NCBI GenBank assembly: GCA_950097015.1 | Contig: CATNEN010000038.1 | Span: 7,006,001-7,070,000 of the forward strand | Direction: 5' to 3' | DNA: 64,000 bases | Origin: Macrostomum hystrix | Taxonomy: Eukaryota; Animalia; Platyhelminthes | Shown here: positions 1-13,400 of the stretch, in pieces | How the letters are laid out: the number at the start of each line of letters is the position of its first letter | Numbering within the stretch: position 1 is the stretch's first letter | Notes under the pieces: model-generated | What the model was told of the DNA's origin: nothing | Seen by the model: the letters and a program-made list of their open reading frames with translations, nothing else | Databases searched by the model: none | Position numbers and translations under genes: made by a program

Positions 1-210
1 TCTTGAGCAGTGAGTCAGAGGGCTGGCTAAATACAGTGCAGTTGAAATATTACAAATGGATTTGGCCACCTGGTTAGTCCTACCCACAACTAACCGACAA
101 CATTCCCCTATTTTCCGGACCAGATAAGGCTGACTGGCCGAGCCACATTTGCACATTTAGTGTAGTAAAGCTAATTATGATGCACTATACAGATAAGAAT
201 TCAGAATTCA

Positions 211-527
211 GAGAGGTTGTAGCCTAGTGGTTAGGGCGTCGGACTCACGACTTGAAGGTCGGGGGTTCGATTCCCGACTCCACTGGAACAATTTGCGTCC
301 TTTAGCAAGACACTTAACTCTGCATTGCTTCAGTTCACCCAGCTGTTAAATGGGTACCAGCATCAGCTGGGATAATTGAAGGTGGGTGTGGCGTCCCCCC
401 AGTCCATGGACTGAACAGCTGTACGCAGCCTTCAGATGCGCCGCGCATTAGCTGGGGCTGTGCTGTCGGCTGCACATCTGACCCAATTGGGGCAGGTGTA
501 ATCAATATACAATATACAATATCAATA
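211..527 (+). mobile_element. tRNA-derived SINE, family A, copy 1
   Basis: A box (TAGCCTAGTGG) and B box (GGTTCGATTCC). The body has a CORE-like segment (TTTAGCAAGACACTTAACTCTG...CAGTTCACCCAGCTGTTAAATGGG) and a (CAATATA)n tail. TSD TATACAGATAA at 186-196 and 528-538. Near-identical copy at 40495-40805. Confidence 0.9.
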
Positions 528-1532
528 TATACAGATAAATACCGTTTTGTATAACATTTTTTTCATTTAACAGCTAAATAAGTTTCCAATACTTTAGTTG
601 AAGCTTTTGTATGTGTCTATTGATTTGTCATTGATACGAAATCGGACAATGAATATAAAAAATAAGATTCATCTTTCTGAACTTTTTAAAGGTTGCGGGT
701 TCAGCTAAATTGCTAAATTTATATTTCCAGTATTTCCTTTAACAGTACTCGTAAAATGACATAGGGGAAAAATCGAGAATATCGGGCTAAAATTTTCCGC
801 TCTGTACCTCAAGAATAATAAAACATCGAGTTGGAGTTTGGTAAAGGCCCATTTTGTTTTAATTTCTCAAACTTCCTTGAGGCATTGCTCACTCAAATAG
901 AGAAACAAATGAAGTTCATCTAACGTTTAGAATGATAATCCAGCTATTGAGTAAAAACTAAATGAAACAAGAAATAAAATAGCCCAAAAAAGAAAACCAA
1001 ATTCGATGTTTTTCTCGAGACATTGCGTCAGAATTGCATTTATCAGCCGAGTGTTTCTGTGGGCCACAGAACAATGGGGGAACCAAGCAGTGCTGCAGGC
1101 CATAAAAATAAATACTTTTCAACAACAGCAACAGCAACTTGCTTACTGAAACGCACGAACCACGGTGATTCTCACTCAATCCCCGTCTCCCTCCATCTCG
1201 CGGCACAATGTGCTCAAAGGAAGATCGTTGAGCTCGTAAAGCAATAAAAAAGACTCAGTCACTGAGTTTATTCTAACAAATCGTTTCACGTCGAAAGATA
1301 AAAAGCTTGTAAAAGTGAATCAGAAATTAGCCCTTCTCCAGTTAACCTGAATTACTAAACAATTTTTCGGGGTCATTGTGACGTCACAGTATGACACACC
1401 AAAGACAATCAATAAGAGCGTGAAGTACTCTTACTTCTCAACTCTTCAGATGCAATGGGCAGATGGTTGTTGCTAAAGATGTGACTGCTCATAAATGAAA
1501 GAAAGAATCTTCTGGGTCCCTTGTGTTCTCAC

Positions 1533-2134
1533 CTGCAAAAACTCGAGGCTGTTAGACCGGTGGTGGCCCAACACCGCGCCGCTTCCACCGCTGCTGTCGG
1601 GGCCGTGGGCCGTCGGCTCCTCGACGGGCGAGTCCCGACTGCGACAGTCCTCCGGCTCCGAGCTGTCCTCCGAGGGCAGATGCCGCTGCCGACCGCTTGG
1701 CGGCTTGGCCTTGCAGGCGGTCATCGAGGCCGGGGCTTCTTCGATCGCGTCGCCCGTAAATGGCGTCGGCATCACCTGAAGCGGTTGCGACGCTGCCTGG
1801 CTTGGGGGCGGAGGCGCTGGCGCCTTGCGGATGTGGGCCGGTCGGCGAGGCGGACTGCCGTTCGAGGAGTCGGCGCTGTCTTGCGATCGGTCTCGCTTCC
1901 GCTGTACAAGCGAGGTTAGGCTGTTGAGATCGGACGCAGCCGCTGCTGAGCAGCTGCCAACGCCTCCTGGACTGAGGTTCTCGCTGCTGCTGGCCTTGTT
2001 GATCAGCTTCTTGTCGGGCAGCACTTTCACAACCACCGATCCAGGTCCGCTGCCCGCTGCTGCTGCTGCTGATACTGCCGCAGCTGCCGAGGGGCTGGGA
2101 GTGTTTCGGAGACTGCCTGGACGACTTCGGGTGA

Positions 2135-2167
<33 letters not shown>

Positions 2168-2825
2168 TCTGCTGTAGCTGTTGCTGTTGTGGCACCAGCT
2201 GTTGCTGATGAATTTGATGCTCTGAACTGGGCCGATTGCCAGCGAATTTCGATCGGACTCGTTTGATCAGATCGTCCTTCAGACTGTGGGTTCGTTTGAC
2301 GATTGTTGGGTTAAAGTCGGATTGCTGCGAAGCAGCTGACGATGCGGAGGCAGGGCCACCTGATGCGGGAGAAGACAATAATGACGGGTGCGCCATGATT
2401 GGTCCCGAGCTGGACTTGCCGCCGCCGTCACTCTGCAGCTGTTCGGCGGCGCCATCATTGAAGTTGTCGCCGGTTGAAGTTGTAAAGCCAGTCGAAAGTT
2501 GCCGACTGGTGATTCCAAGGGTTTGCTGCTGCGAGAAAAGCATGGTTCTGGTAGACATGCCTCCTGATCCTAGCCTTGGCTGCTGCTGCTGCTGTTGCTG
2601 CTGTTGCGGCTGAGAATCGAACTCCAGACTCTGGCGCACCAGCGAGTCGCTGGAAGAGCCAGTTGACGTCGTACGGCGACGCTGCCGAGGCGACTGGCCG
2701 GAGCTGCCCGCTGGTGGCACGATGGGGTAGGCGGACTCGGCCGCGGGGCTGAACTGCGGTGGCGGCACCGTCTGGTGTGGCACGGCCGCTGTCACACTGC
2801 CGCCACTACCGGAGTCCCAGGGCAT
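1533..2825 (-). CDS. First coding exon of an uncharacterised Ser/Gln/Pro-rich, largely disordered protein; the gene probably continues beyond the window start
   Basis: GC-rich ORF of about 430 codons with poly-Q runs. ATG preceded by CTGAC...ACAG acceptor; donor CAG|GTGAGA at 1532. No domain recognised. Confidence 0.7.
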
Positions 2826-3724
2826 TCGTGAACTGTCCGTCAGTTAAACTATTCGCCTTTCTCAGGTGGACTTTACGTTTGTTTGTTTATTTAAGCGAAC
2901 TGCTAATCAGGCAATGTCCCTGGCCTCAGAATTCAGTGACCGACTCTCGGAATGAGTGGAAATAAGATTTCGCGAGCAGCAGCAATTTTTGCTCGCACGT
3001 TTCGCAGTTTAGTAGCCCTCACAGCTCGGTGCGACTGATTGGACGTGCGGTGCAGTGAAAATGAGAAAACTAGCTCATCAACTGGCTTGCACTGGCCCTG
3101 TCTGTCGCTCCTTACTCTCTGCCTGCGTATCAGCCTTAGCCTTGCACTGCAGCAACCGGTCGCGCCACTTCCACAAGCCCTCGCAGCCACCCCCTACCGC
3201 AATGCTCCATAGCCTAGCGCGAGCTCGGAGGGTGAACGACAGATTGTGTCCGCAGGTTTTGAGGGCCCTGCCCAGAAGTGAACAGTCTATTAACTCTGGT
3301 TATGCCTTGTAGGCTTGCTGGGACAGTCCTCCACCGTTAGCTACAAGCATTGGCTCGAGTTGACTCACTCAAAGAGAGGGCGGGAGTAAAACATATGGAC
3401 AGTCGTGCGTTGGAAAGATTTATGAAAGCACTCAGTTTGCCGGTTGCCATGGCAACAGCCAGCCGGCTTACAAAGCTTACAGTAGACATTAATAATTACG
3501 AGCCACAAGTGGTAGAAAACTATTGACAAACGGTTTGCGAAATTTAGCCGCAGAGCAGACTGTTGTTCACGCTTACGCGTTTAATTTAAAGTCCTGCAAC
3601 GATTAACGGGTGAAAATTTATTATACAAGCTAATATTTTAACAGGCATCTTTGAGTGCTAATTATCAACTTGTGATAGTTTAGTGCGTCGGTTGTGACTT
3701 TAAAATCACACAGAACATTAAGTG

Positions 3725-5255
3725 TCACCCCATTATCCTTCAGTGTGTCGGCAGTCACCCGACGATCCTTCAGTGTGTAGGGAGTCACTCTATGATATTT
3801 CAGTGTGTCGGTAGTCACTCCATGATCTTTCAGTGCGTCGGCAGTCACCCCATGATCTTTCAGTGTGTTGGTAGTCACCCCATGATCTTTCAGTGTGTTG
3901 GTAGTCACCCCATGATCTTTCAGTGTGTCGGCAGTCACCCCATGATCTTTCAGTGTGTCGGCAGTCACCCCATGATCTTTCAGTGTGTTGGTAGTCACCC
4001 CATGATCTTTCAGTGTGTCGGCAGTCACCCATGATCTTTCAGTGTGTCGGCAGTCACTCCATGATCTTTCAGTGTGTCGGTAGTAACCCCATGATCTTTC
4101 AGTGTGTCGGCAGTCACTCCATGATCTTTCAGTGTGTCGGCAGTCACCCCATGATCTTTCAGTGTGTCGGCAGTCACCCCATGATCTTTCAGTGTGTCGG
4201 CAGTCACCCCATGATCTTTCAGTGTGTCGGCAGTCACCCCATGATCTTTCAGTGTGTCGGCAGTCACCCCATGATCTTTCAGTGTGTCGGCAGTCACCCC
4301 ATGATCTTTCAGTGTGTTGGCAGTCACCCCATGATCTTTCAGTGTGTCGGCAGTCACTCCATGATCTTTCAGTGTGTCGGTAGTAACCCCATGATCTTTC
4401 AGTGTGTCGGCAGTCACCCCATGATCTTTCAGTGTGTCGGCAGTCACCCCATGATCTTTCAGTGTGTTGGTAGTCACCCCATGATCTTTCAGTGTGTCGG
4501 CAGTCACCCCATGATCTTTCAGTGTGTCGGTAGTCACCCCATGATCTTTCAGTGTGTCGGCAGTCACCCCATGATCTTTCAGTGTGTCGGCAGTCACCCC
4601 ATGATCTTTCAGTGTGTCGGCAGTCACCCCATGATCTTTCAGTGTGTTGGCAGTCACCCCATGATCTTTCAGTGTGTCGGCAGTCACTCCATGATCTTTC
4701 AGTGTGTCGGTAGTAACCCCATGATCTTTCAGTGTGTCGGCAGTCACCCCATGATCTTTCAGTGTGTCGGCAGTCACCCCATGATCTTTCAGTGTGTTGG
4801 CAGTCACCCCATGATCTTTCAGTGTGTCGGCAGTCACCCCATGATCTTTCAGTGTGTCGGTAGTCACCCCATGATCTTTCACTGTGTCGGCAGTCACCCC
4901 ATGATCTTTCAGTGTGTCGGTAGTCACCCCATGATCTTTCAGTGTGTCGGCAGTCACCCCATGATCTTTCAGTGTGTCGGCAGTCACCCCATGATCTTTC
5001 AGTGTGTCGGCAGTAACCCCATGATCTTTCAGTGTGTCGGCAGTCACTCCATGATCTTTCAGTGTGTCGGTAGTAACCCCATGATCTTTCAGTGTGTCGG
5101 TAGTCACCCCATGATCTTTCAGTGTGTCGGCAGTCACCCCATGATCTTTCACTGTGTCGGCAGTCACTCCATGATCTTTCACTGTGTCGGCAGTCACTCC
5201 ATGATCTCTCAGTTTGTAGTCAGTCACTCCCTGATCCTTTTGAGTCACCCCACAG
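3725..5255. repeat. 30-bp minisatellite (CAGTCACCCCATGATCTTTCAGTGTGTCGG), about 50 copies
   Basis: Direct tandem repeat with degenerate edges and a 1-bp deletion near 4030. Confidence 0.97.
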
Positions 5256-5803
5256 TCCTTTAGCTTCTTGTGTCATTAAGTGAATGGTCAGTATTTGAAT
5301 GCGTAATAAATGTTCAATTCCAAGAGTCACTATGCCGCTAGTGTCTAGCTGCTACTCTAACAAGCAAAGAACACTCTGGAGTTTCTTCAACTCGAGTTAA
5401 AGAATGAATCAGCTCAAGTGGCGTGACTACATTCCGAAGAAAGCAGTGTTTCAGCCCTTACTTGTCCTCCATGGTCATATAATGCCATTCTTCTCAACAC
5501 AGGGTCCTCCCTAAGTTTGCAGTTGCCGCTGTGATATTTTGCACTGAAATTCTGTCTAAGAAGCGGCATAGACAGACAATTAGTACTGCATAATAGCTGA
5601 TGGTTTAGAGAACGCAGCCCTTTTTATCTGGGCGCAAAAAATCCAGCCCAGTCTCACATCAATATCAAAGCTGATATCATGCATTCATGTTTGTTTACTA
5701 TTGTTGTAAAAAAATTGTGAGAAATATTTTGGAGTGAGGTGGAAGTCGGAGTAGGGTGGGTGTCAGGGTGTGGTGGTGTCGGAGTGGGGTGGGTGTCAGG
5801 GTG

Positions 5804-6166
5804 AATAATAATTATAATTGCAGGAGGGCTGCGGGCAATGGCACATCATTTAGTGACACTAGACCCGCAGCCAGCGAGGAGGCAATTCTGCCCATTTCGC
5901 TGACTCCTGAGCACACACGCACACAGATACTGTACGCAGGCATACGCTCACACAGGTGTGTACATCTGCCCTGACTTTCTCATCGTCAGGCAGTGTACAT
6001 TTCACTGTGCCTTGGAGGTTGGCCCTCAAGGGCGTAAATTGCACGACAAGCCCCCAAGCCTTCTCTCCGAGGCTGCGCCCCAAATAAATGTGGCCTCGCC
6101 GTGGAATCGAACTTAGGGACCGTGGTGCGAGAGGCAAACGCGTTAACCGCTCTGCCACCGACCCCC
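5804..6166 (-). mobile_element. tRNA-derived SINE, family B, copy 1
   Basis: Minus strand begins GGGGGTCGGTGGCAGAGCGGTTAA...GTTCGATTCC (A/B boxes) and ends in an (ATT)n tail. 12-bp TSD GGTGTCAGGGTG at 5792-5803 and 6173-6184. Second copy at 21244-21599. Confidence 0.9.
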
Positions 6167-6171
6167 TAAGG

Positions 6172-6478
6172 AGGTGTCAGGGTGTGGTGGGTGTCGAAGT
6201 GGGGTGGGCCCAGAGTGTGGCGGGTGCCGGAGTGGGGTGGGTGTCAGTGTGTGGTGAGTGTCGGAGTGGAGTGGGCGCAGAGTGTGGCGGGTGCCGGAGT
6301 GGGGTCGGTGTCAGTGTGTGGTGAGTGTCGGAGTGGGGCGGGCGCAGAGTGTGGCGGGTGTCGGAGTGGGGTGGGTTTCAGTGTGTGGTGAGTGTCGGTG
6401 TGGGGTGGGTGTCAGGGTGTGGTGGGTGCCGGAGTGGGTTGGGTGTCAGTGTGTGGTGAGTGTCGGAGTGGGGTGGGC
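6172..6478. repeat. G-rich degenerate minisatellite of about 31-33 bp (GTGTGGTGRGTGTCGGAGTGGGGTGGGTGTCAG); about 2 more copies at 5735-5803
   Basis: Visible tandem units on both sides of SINE B1. Confidence 0.85.
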
Positions 6479-7391
6479 GTTAAAAAAAGTAAATTTCAGA
6501 TTGCGGTGGCCGTGTTATTTAAATGTGATAGACTGAGCAACTTAGCAGTTAAGTCTAACAGAAATAAATAAGCGACTCATGAAGACACGGACAGTGGGTC
6601 AAATTCCGGAGAGCGCTGCTGACATACTGTTGGCACGTATACCTGATGCAGTGCGATGAAGGATTAATATCTTTCAATACAAAAGAAGCTGGAAGAAAAT
6701 GGCTGTGACCATCGCAGAGGCACAAAACTTAGCGGGCGAATAGCAAAAAATTCTTTCGCACAACAATCGCATTGGCGAAAAATGGAGGTAAAAAAGACAA
6801 CTGCAAAAAATGTTGATCCACAGTTGAGTAAGGAACTTTGGACATAGACAATGGATGAAGCCCTGTCTGGATGAGGCGGTTGTGAGCAAATAACTGATTG
6901 GTTTTCACGACAATGTTAATCACTGGGTGCGTTTTCGTGAGTAGATTTTTTTATTCACAAAGACAATCTCAGAAGCAGCAGTGGATGAGCATGTATTGAA
7001 GATTGTAGTCAAGGGAAAAATGCTACTCAATACACACAGTATGATTCGATTAATTTTTTTAGATTCGCAATTAATGTCGCAACGCGATCGGGTGACAAAA
7101 ATAGGTGTAATACCTAGGCAGGGCCTATGCAGGAACATTTAAACAATCCAAAATAGTCAACAATGCTAGCCCGCTATGGGGTTACATGATGAAAATTTGT
7201 TAGCAGAAAATTTTTAGCACAGTTCTGAATTTTCATGGCGTTTGGTTGAATATTTTGAAAGTTTCAGAAAAAAAGAAAAAATATGAGTATTTAAAACACA
7301 CCCGTGGTTCTTCCTACTGCTAAACATATTCAAATCCCAAATTAAAATCGGGATAGAAAAATTCATACCACGAATAAGGATTACAAACAGT

Positions 7392-10369
7392 CTAAGAATA
7401 GGTATCGTATGAGCCAAAAGTGCGCATTATCGACCGATTTGACGAGTTCACACTGGACACGGAGGGGAAGGCGTAGGGCGAGGGCGACGCAGCGACAGTA
7501 GCCGAGCGGGGCAGCTGATTTTGCGGCACCAGCTGCATCTGCTGATAGGTGAGCGGAGCTGACTGCTGTTGCTGCTGCAGTTGTCGCACATGAGATACTG
7601 GCAGGGTGGCCGCTGTGTGATGCGACGACAACAGGTTAATGACGCTCATCAGCGACTTGGATAGCTGCAACGCCTGAGGGTCTCCGTGCGACGGCCCACC
7701 GTAGACGCTGAGACTCTTCAGGATCTGCCAGGTGTGAGATGGGTGGTGTGAGATGGGTGGTGTGAGATGGGTGGTGTGAGATGGGTAGTGTGAGATGGGT
7801 GGTGTGCGATGGGTGGTGTGAGATGGGTGGTGTGAGATGGGTGGTGTGAGATGGGTGGTGTGAGATGGGTGGTGTGAGATGGGTTGGTGTGAGATGGGTT
7901 GGTGTGAGATGGGTGGTGTGAGATGGGTGGTGTGAGTGTGAGATGGGTTGGTGTGAGTGTGAGATGGGTTGGTGTGAGTGTGAGATGGGTTGGTGTGAGT
8001 GTGAGATGGGTTGGTGTGAGATGGGTTGGTGTGAGATGGGTTGGTGTGAGATGGGTTGGTGTGAGATGGGTGGTGTGAGATGGGTTGGTGTGAGATGGGT
8101 TGGTGTGAGATGGGTTGGTGTGAGATGGGTTGGTGTGAGATAGGTTGGTGTGAGTGTGAGATGGGTTGGTGTGAGATGGGTTGGTGTGAGATGGGTTGGT
8201 GTGAGATGGGTTGGTGTGAGATGGGTTGGTGTGAGTGTGAGATGGGTTGGTGTGAGATGGGTTGGTGTGAGATGGGTTGGTGTGAGATGGGTTGGTGTGA
8301 GATGGGTTGGTGTGAGATGGGTGGTGTGAGATGGGTTGGTGTGAGATGGGTTGGTGTGAGTGTGAGATGGGTGGTGTGAGATGGGTGGTGTGAGATGGGT
8401 TGGTGTGAGATGGGTTGGTGTGAGTGTGAGATGGGTTGGTGTGAGATGGGTGGTGTGAGATGGGTGGTGTGAGATGGGTTGGTGTGAGATGGGTTAGCAA
8501 AACAGGCAATGGTTCGCATACCTCGGGGTGAAATTTGTACACGAACTCATTAAACAGCTCCCTGAGCAGTGCGGACCGGCAGAAGGGGGAGCAGCCGCGA
8601 GCCATCACCTGCACCTGGAACTTCCTCAGCATGTCGGATGTGGGCTCTCGAATTCCGCTGCGCACGGCAAAGTAATAGGACTCGACCTTGGGGTGAAAGT
8701 CGGCGATCTCATTAACGAACAGCAGCCGCTGCGAGGGGGCGCTGCGATCGGGCTGGGCGGGCTTCTCCACGCTGCAGGCGTCCATGAACACCGTGGCGAC
8801 GGTGCTGAGGCAGTAGCGCACCTGATTATGGCGACAGGAGGCTGTGCTATGGAATTCTCGCTTGTAGTTAACACTGTATACCCTAATTAAATACGAATTC
8901 CGAATCCCGTTATCCGGATTCTAAGTCTCGTTATCCGGATTCTAAGTCCCGTTATCCGGATTCTAAGTCCCGTTATCTGGATTTTAAGTCTCGTTATCCG
9001 GATTCTAAATCCATTTATCCGGATTTTAAATCCCCCTTTTCCGGATTCAAAACCCGCTATCCGGATTCTAAATCCCATTATATGGATTCTAAACCCCATT
9101 TTTTATTCAAAACTAGTCAATCTGGATTCAATCTGGATCTTAGTTTTCTCTATCCAGTTCGAAAAGCCAGGAATCCCCATAGTCACTCACAGGTCCCTGA
9201 ATCTCCACATCCATGAGGTGCTGTGCGTTCATCAGCAGCTGCATATAGAACCGCAGCGTGAGCGCGTTGGACTTCCAGATGTGAGCCGCGTCTCTACTCA
9301 GGCCGGTGTCTCGCGCGATGTCGTCTAGCTGGTCAAAAAGGTACTTGATACACAGTGGCACAGACTCTTCGGCGGGGAACAGGGCCGAGAACAGGTCCGT
9401 GATGTTTCCAGTCAGGTTTTTCTGCGGATATGATTGACGAAAATTAAAATTTAAGGTGAATTTCTCGTCTTATCCCTTCCTCTTCCCCAGTCCTATTCTC
9501 CCCTTACCCATTCCTTTTCTCCCCTTACCCAGTCCTCATCTCCCCTTCCCCAGTCCTCATCTCCCCTTCCCCAGTCCTCATCTCCCCTTACCCAGTCCTC
9601 ATCTCCCCTTCCCCAGTCCTCATCTCCCCTTCCCCAGTCCTCATCTCCCCTTCCCCAGTCCTCATCTCCCCTTCCCCAGTCCTCATCTCCCCTTCCCCAG
9701 TCCTCATCTCCCCTTCCCCAGTCCTCATCTCCCCTTCCCCAGTCCTCATCTCCCCTTCCCCAGTCCTCATCTCCCCTTCCCCAGTCCTCATCTCCCCTTC
9801 CCCAGTCCTCATCTCCCCTTCCCCAGTCCTCATCTCCCCTTCCCCAGTCCTCATCTCCCCTTCCCCAGTCCTCATCTCCCCTTCCCCAGTCCTCATCTTC
9901 CGTCTACAATCCTCACCTTGGTGCTGAGCAGAATGGGCAGATAGGCCTCTGGCACAGTCTGGTGTCCGCCCTGAGATCGTTCAGTCTGCTGCTTTGCCTT
10001 CTTCTTTCCCGCCCGGTCCATTGTCTGGGAGCCATTGTATGGCTGGGCCAGGTGGTAGTGCTTTGGGGGAATGGCTTTGCTCTTGCTGCCGCCTGCTAGA
10101 TGGTGCTGCACGGTGGCATAGCCGCCAGCACCTGCGGCGGCCCTCGAAGCCAAACTACCATCGATTAGAGACTTTGAGCTGTGCGACTTCAGCAGTAGGG
10201 CGGTATTCTCGGCTGCTGGACCGTTGGAGTCAGTGCGGGTTGAATAACAAGTACGAGTGGAATATGAGCATTTGACGGTATTGTATTTCAATATAGCGAT
10301 TCTGATACTTTCTATGCTTTAAAAAACTAATGCGAAAAAATCCTATATAGTATAGACTGAACTAAACTT

Positions 10370-10413
<44 letters not shown>

Positions 10414-13400
10414 CCCAGGACAGACAGACAGGCAGACACCCAGGACAGACATACAGGCAGACACCCAGGACAGACAGACAGACAGACACCCAGGACAGAC
10501 AGACAGGCAGACACCCAGGACAGACAGACAGACACCCAGGACAGACAAACAGACAGACACCCAGGACAGACAGACAGGCAGACACCCAGGACAGACATAC
10601 AGGCAGACACCCAGGACAGACAGACAGACAGACACCCAGGACAGACAGACAGGCAGACACCCAGGACAGACAGACAGACACCCAGGACAGACAGACAGGC
10701 AGACACCCAGGACAGACAGACAGGCAGACACCCAGGACAGACAGACAGACAGACACCCAGGACAGACAGACAGACAGACACCTAGGACAGACAGACAGAC
10801 GGACAGACAGACACCCAGGAAAGACAGACAAGCAGACACCCAGGACAGACAAACAGACAGACACCCAGGACAGACAGACAGGCAGACACCCAGGACAGAC
10901 ATACAGGCAGACACCCAGGACAGACAGACAGACAGACACCCAGGACAGACAGACAGGCAGACACCCAGGACAGACAGACAGACACCCAGGACAGACAGAC
11001 AGGCAGACACCCAGGACAGACAGACAGGCAGACACCCAGGACAGACAGACAGACAGACACCCAGGACAGACAGACAGACAGACACCTAGGACAGACAGAC
11101 AGACGGACAGACAGACACCCAGGAAAGACAGACAAGCAGACACCCAGCACAGACAGACAGACAGACATCCTGAACCGTGCCAGAGCACTGTACAGCAGTG
11201 AGTGAACTCACTGTTGGCAGCCAGTCGGCTGGTCACGCTGCGGTACATTGTGCCGTTGCTCTCGGCAGCAGTGGGCCTCTGTCTCATATAGACGGCAATT
11301 GTGTCGTTCGAAATGGAGAAATCGTTCAGACAAATGTGGCGCACGTCGCCGCCCACGTTTTCCTGCTCGCTCATTGGGTGATCCTGGGCATCCACGTCAG
11401 TGGCTACTGAAAGCGGTGCGTTAATTTCGCGGCGAATTAAAGATAAACTCAAACAGCTTTACTAATAGTAGGCATTGTGGCAAGCGAAGAAATAGAAAAT
11501 TGAGACTTACCCAGCGTTGGACTGGGAGTTATTTGCACTGAAATTATCATATAGGTATTATATATCAAGTATGAAACTCTACGAGAATCTCACCCTCTAG
11601 ATAGCAGTTCCTTTGAGAATCTCACCCTCTAGATAGCAGTTCCTATGAGAATCTCACCCGCTAGATAGCAGTTCCTATGAGAATCTCACACTTTAGACAG
11701 CCATCCCTACGAGAATCTCACCCCCCCAGACAGCCATCCCTACGAGAATCTCACCCCCAGACAGCAATCACTAAGAGAATCTCACCCCCAGACAGCCATC
11801 CCTAAGAGAATCTCACCCCCAGACAGCCATCCCTAAGAGAATCTCACCCCCAGACAGCCACCCCTAAGAGAATCTCACCCCCAGACAGCCATCCCTAAGA
11901 GAATCTCACACTCCGGTTGTGCACTCACCCAGCTCGAAGGTCTCAGGCGGCAGTCGCTGTGAGGATCGCACCCGCAGGGTAGTGTAGGCTGCGTCCAGCA
12001 GTTTCACTTTGGCCTGGTACACGCTGTCGCAGTCGAGCACACTCACCCGAAGAGTCCAGGGCTCGCCATCGCTGCCAAGGGGCCGCAGCGCCTCCAAGCG
12101 GTCTTGGAAGATCAGTATCTGGACGTCAGGATGGAGAGGCAAATACTCTGGCTAAAACCTTTTCAGACCAGAAACTGAATCTCTCACGAAAAATCTCACT
12201 GACATTTTGGAGGTTAAACCACCTTAAGTCCTACCCTAAAATATTGGATTTAAAGTCTCACCCTGATAGTCTCAAAGCCTCAACCCGATAGTCTTAAAGT
12301 CTCACCCTGTTTGTCTATTGGACTGAAAGTCTCACCCTGTTTGTCTATTGGACTCAAAGTCTCACCCTGTTTGTCTATTGGACTCAAAGTCTCACCCTGT
12401 TTGTCTATTGGACTGAAAGTCTCACCCTGTTTGTCTATTGGACTCAAAGTCTCACCCTGTTTGTCTATTGGACTCAAAGTCTCACCCTGTTTGTCTATTG
12501 GACTGAAAGTCTCACCCTGTTTGTCTATTGGACTCAAAGTCTCACCCTGTTTGTCTATTGGACTCAAAGTCTCACCCTGTTTGTCTATTGGACTGAAAGT
12601 CTCACCCTGTTTGTCTATTGGACTCAAAGTCTCACCCTGTTTGTCTATTGGACTCAAAGTCTCACCCTGTTTGTCTATTGGACTCAAAGTCTCACCCTGT
12701 TTGTCTATTGGACTGAAAGTTTCATTCTAGAAGTTCCGAAAAAACGAATTTAGAATGATCGGAAATAGAAATTAATGTATAATATATTTTTAAACAATAC
12801 TGGAAATCCTGACCAAAAAACACTTCAAACAGAAAACACAGCTCATAATGCGAACCGGTCACAAGCACCTTTCAACAATGATTAGAACTTGCTGAACAAT
12901 AATACTTTTTACCTGAATAAAATCCTTAGCTGTAATAAAAACCTCAAGTTTAGTTAGGCTACTAAAATCGGAAATGCGTAAACAAGCTTTAGATCAAATA
13001 GTTTCGAGCTCAAACTCACCAGACTACGAAATTCCACATCCTTTCTGAGCAGTTTCTGCTCATTGATAGTGTACTTAGAGTCCTCAGTGCACTGATCCAC
13101 CGGGCCCTTGTACACTTCGTTCTTGATGCGCAGGTAAAGCCGGTAGAAAGGCTCCACAACATTATCAGCCAGCTGCTCGTACATGAGGAATGCCAGCCAG
13201 TTGGGAAGCAACCGCTCGGCAACTGAGTCGCAGCGACGGAATACCACCTTGTAGTTGTCCTGCCAAGCAAATCATTATCACAGCTAGCTTAGTTTACCTG
13301 ATCTGTATAAACTAACGGCAGTGGCTCGTGGGATCGTGGGTACAGTGGGGAGGTGGGTGCAGTGGGGAGGTGGGTGCAGTGGGGAGATGGGTGCAGTGGG

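Noticed and set aside
211-285. tRNA gene (CAC loop); also 40495, 6090-6166 and 21244
   Set aside because: Acceptor and anticodon stems pair poorly, and each continues into a shared body of 230-290 bp with a simple-repeat tail, so these are SINE heads.
3630-5263. ORFs of 400+ aa on both strands (also 7718-8519, 10327-11201, 22476-23096, 25285-26787, 46204-47496, 51551-53967)
   Set aside because: Stop-free translations of minisatellites; several are open in multiple frames or strands, and several lie inside introns.
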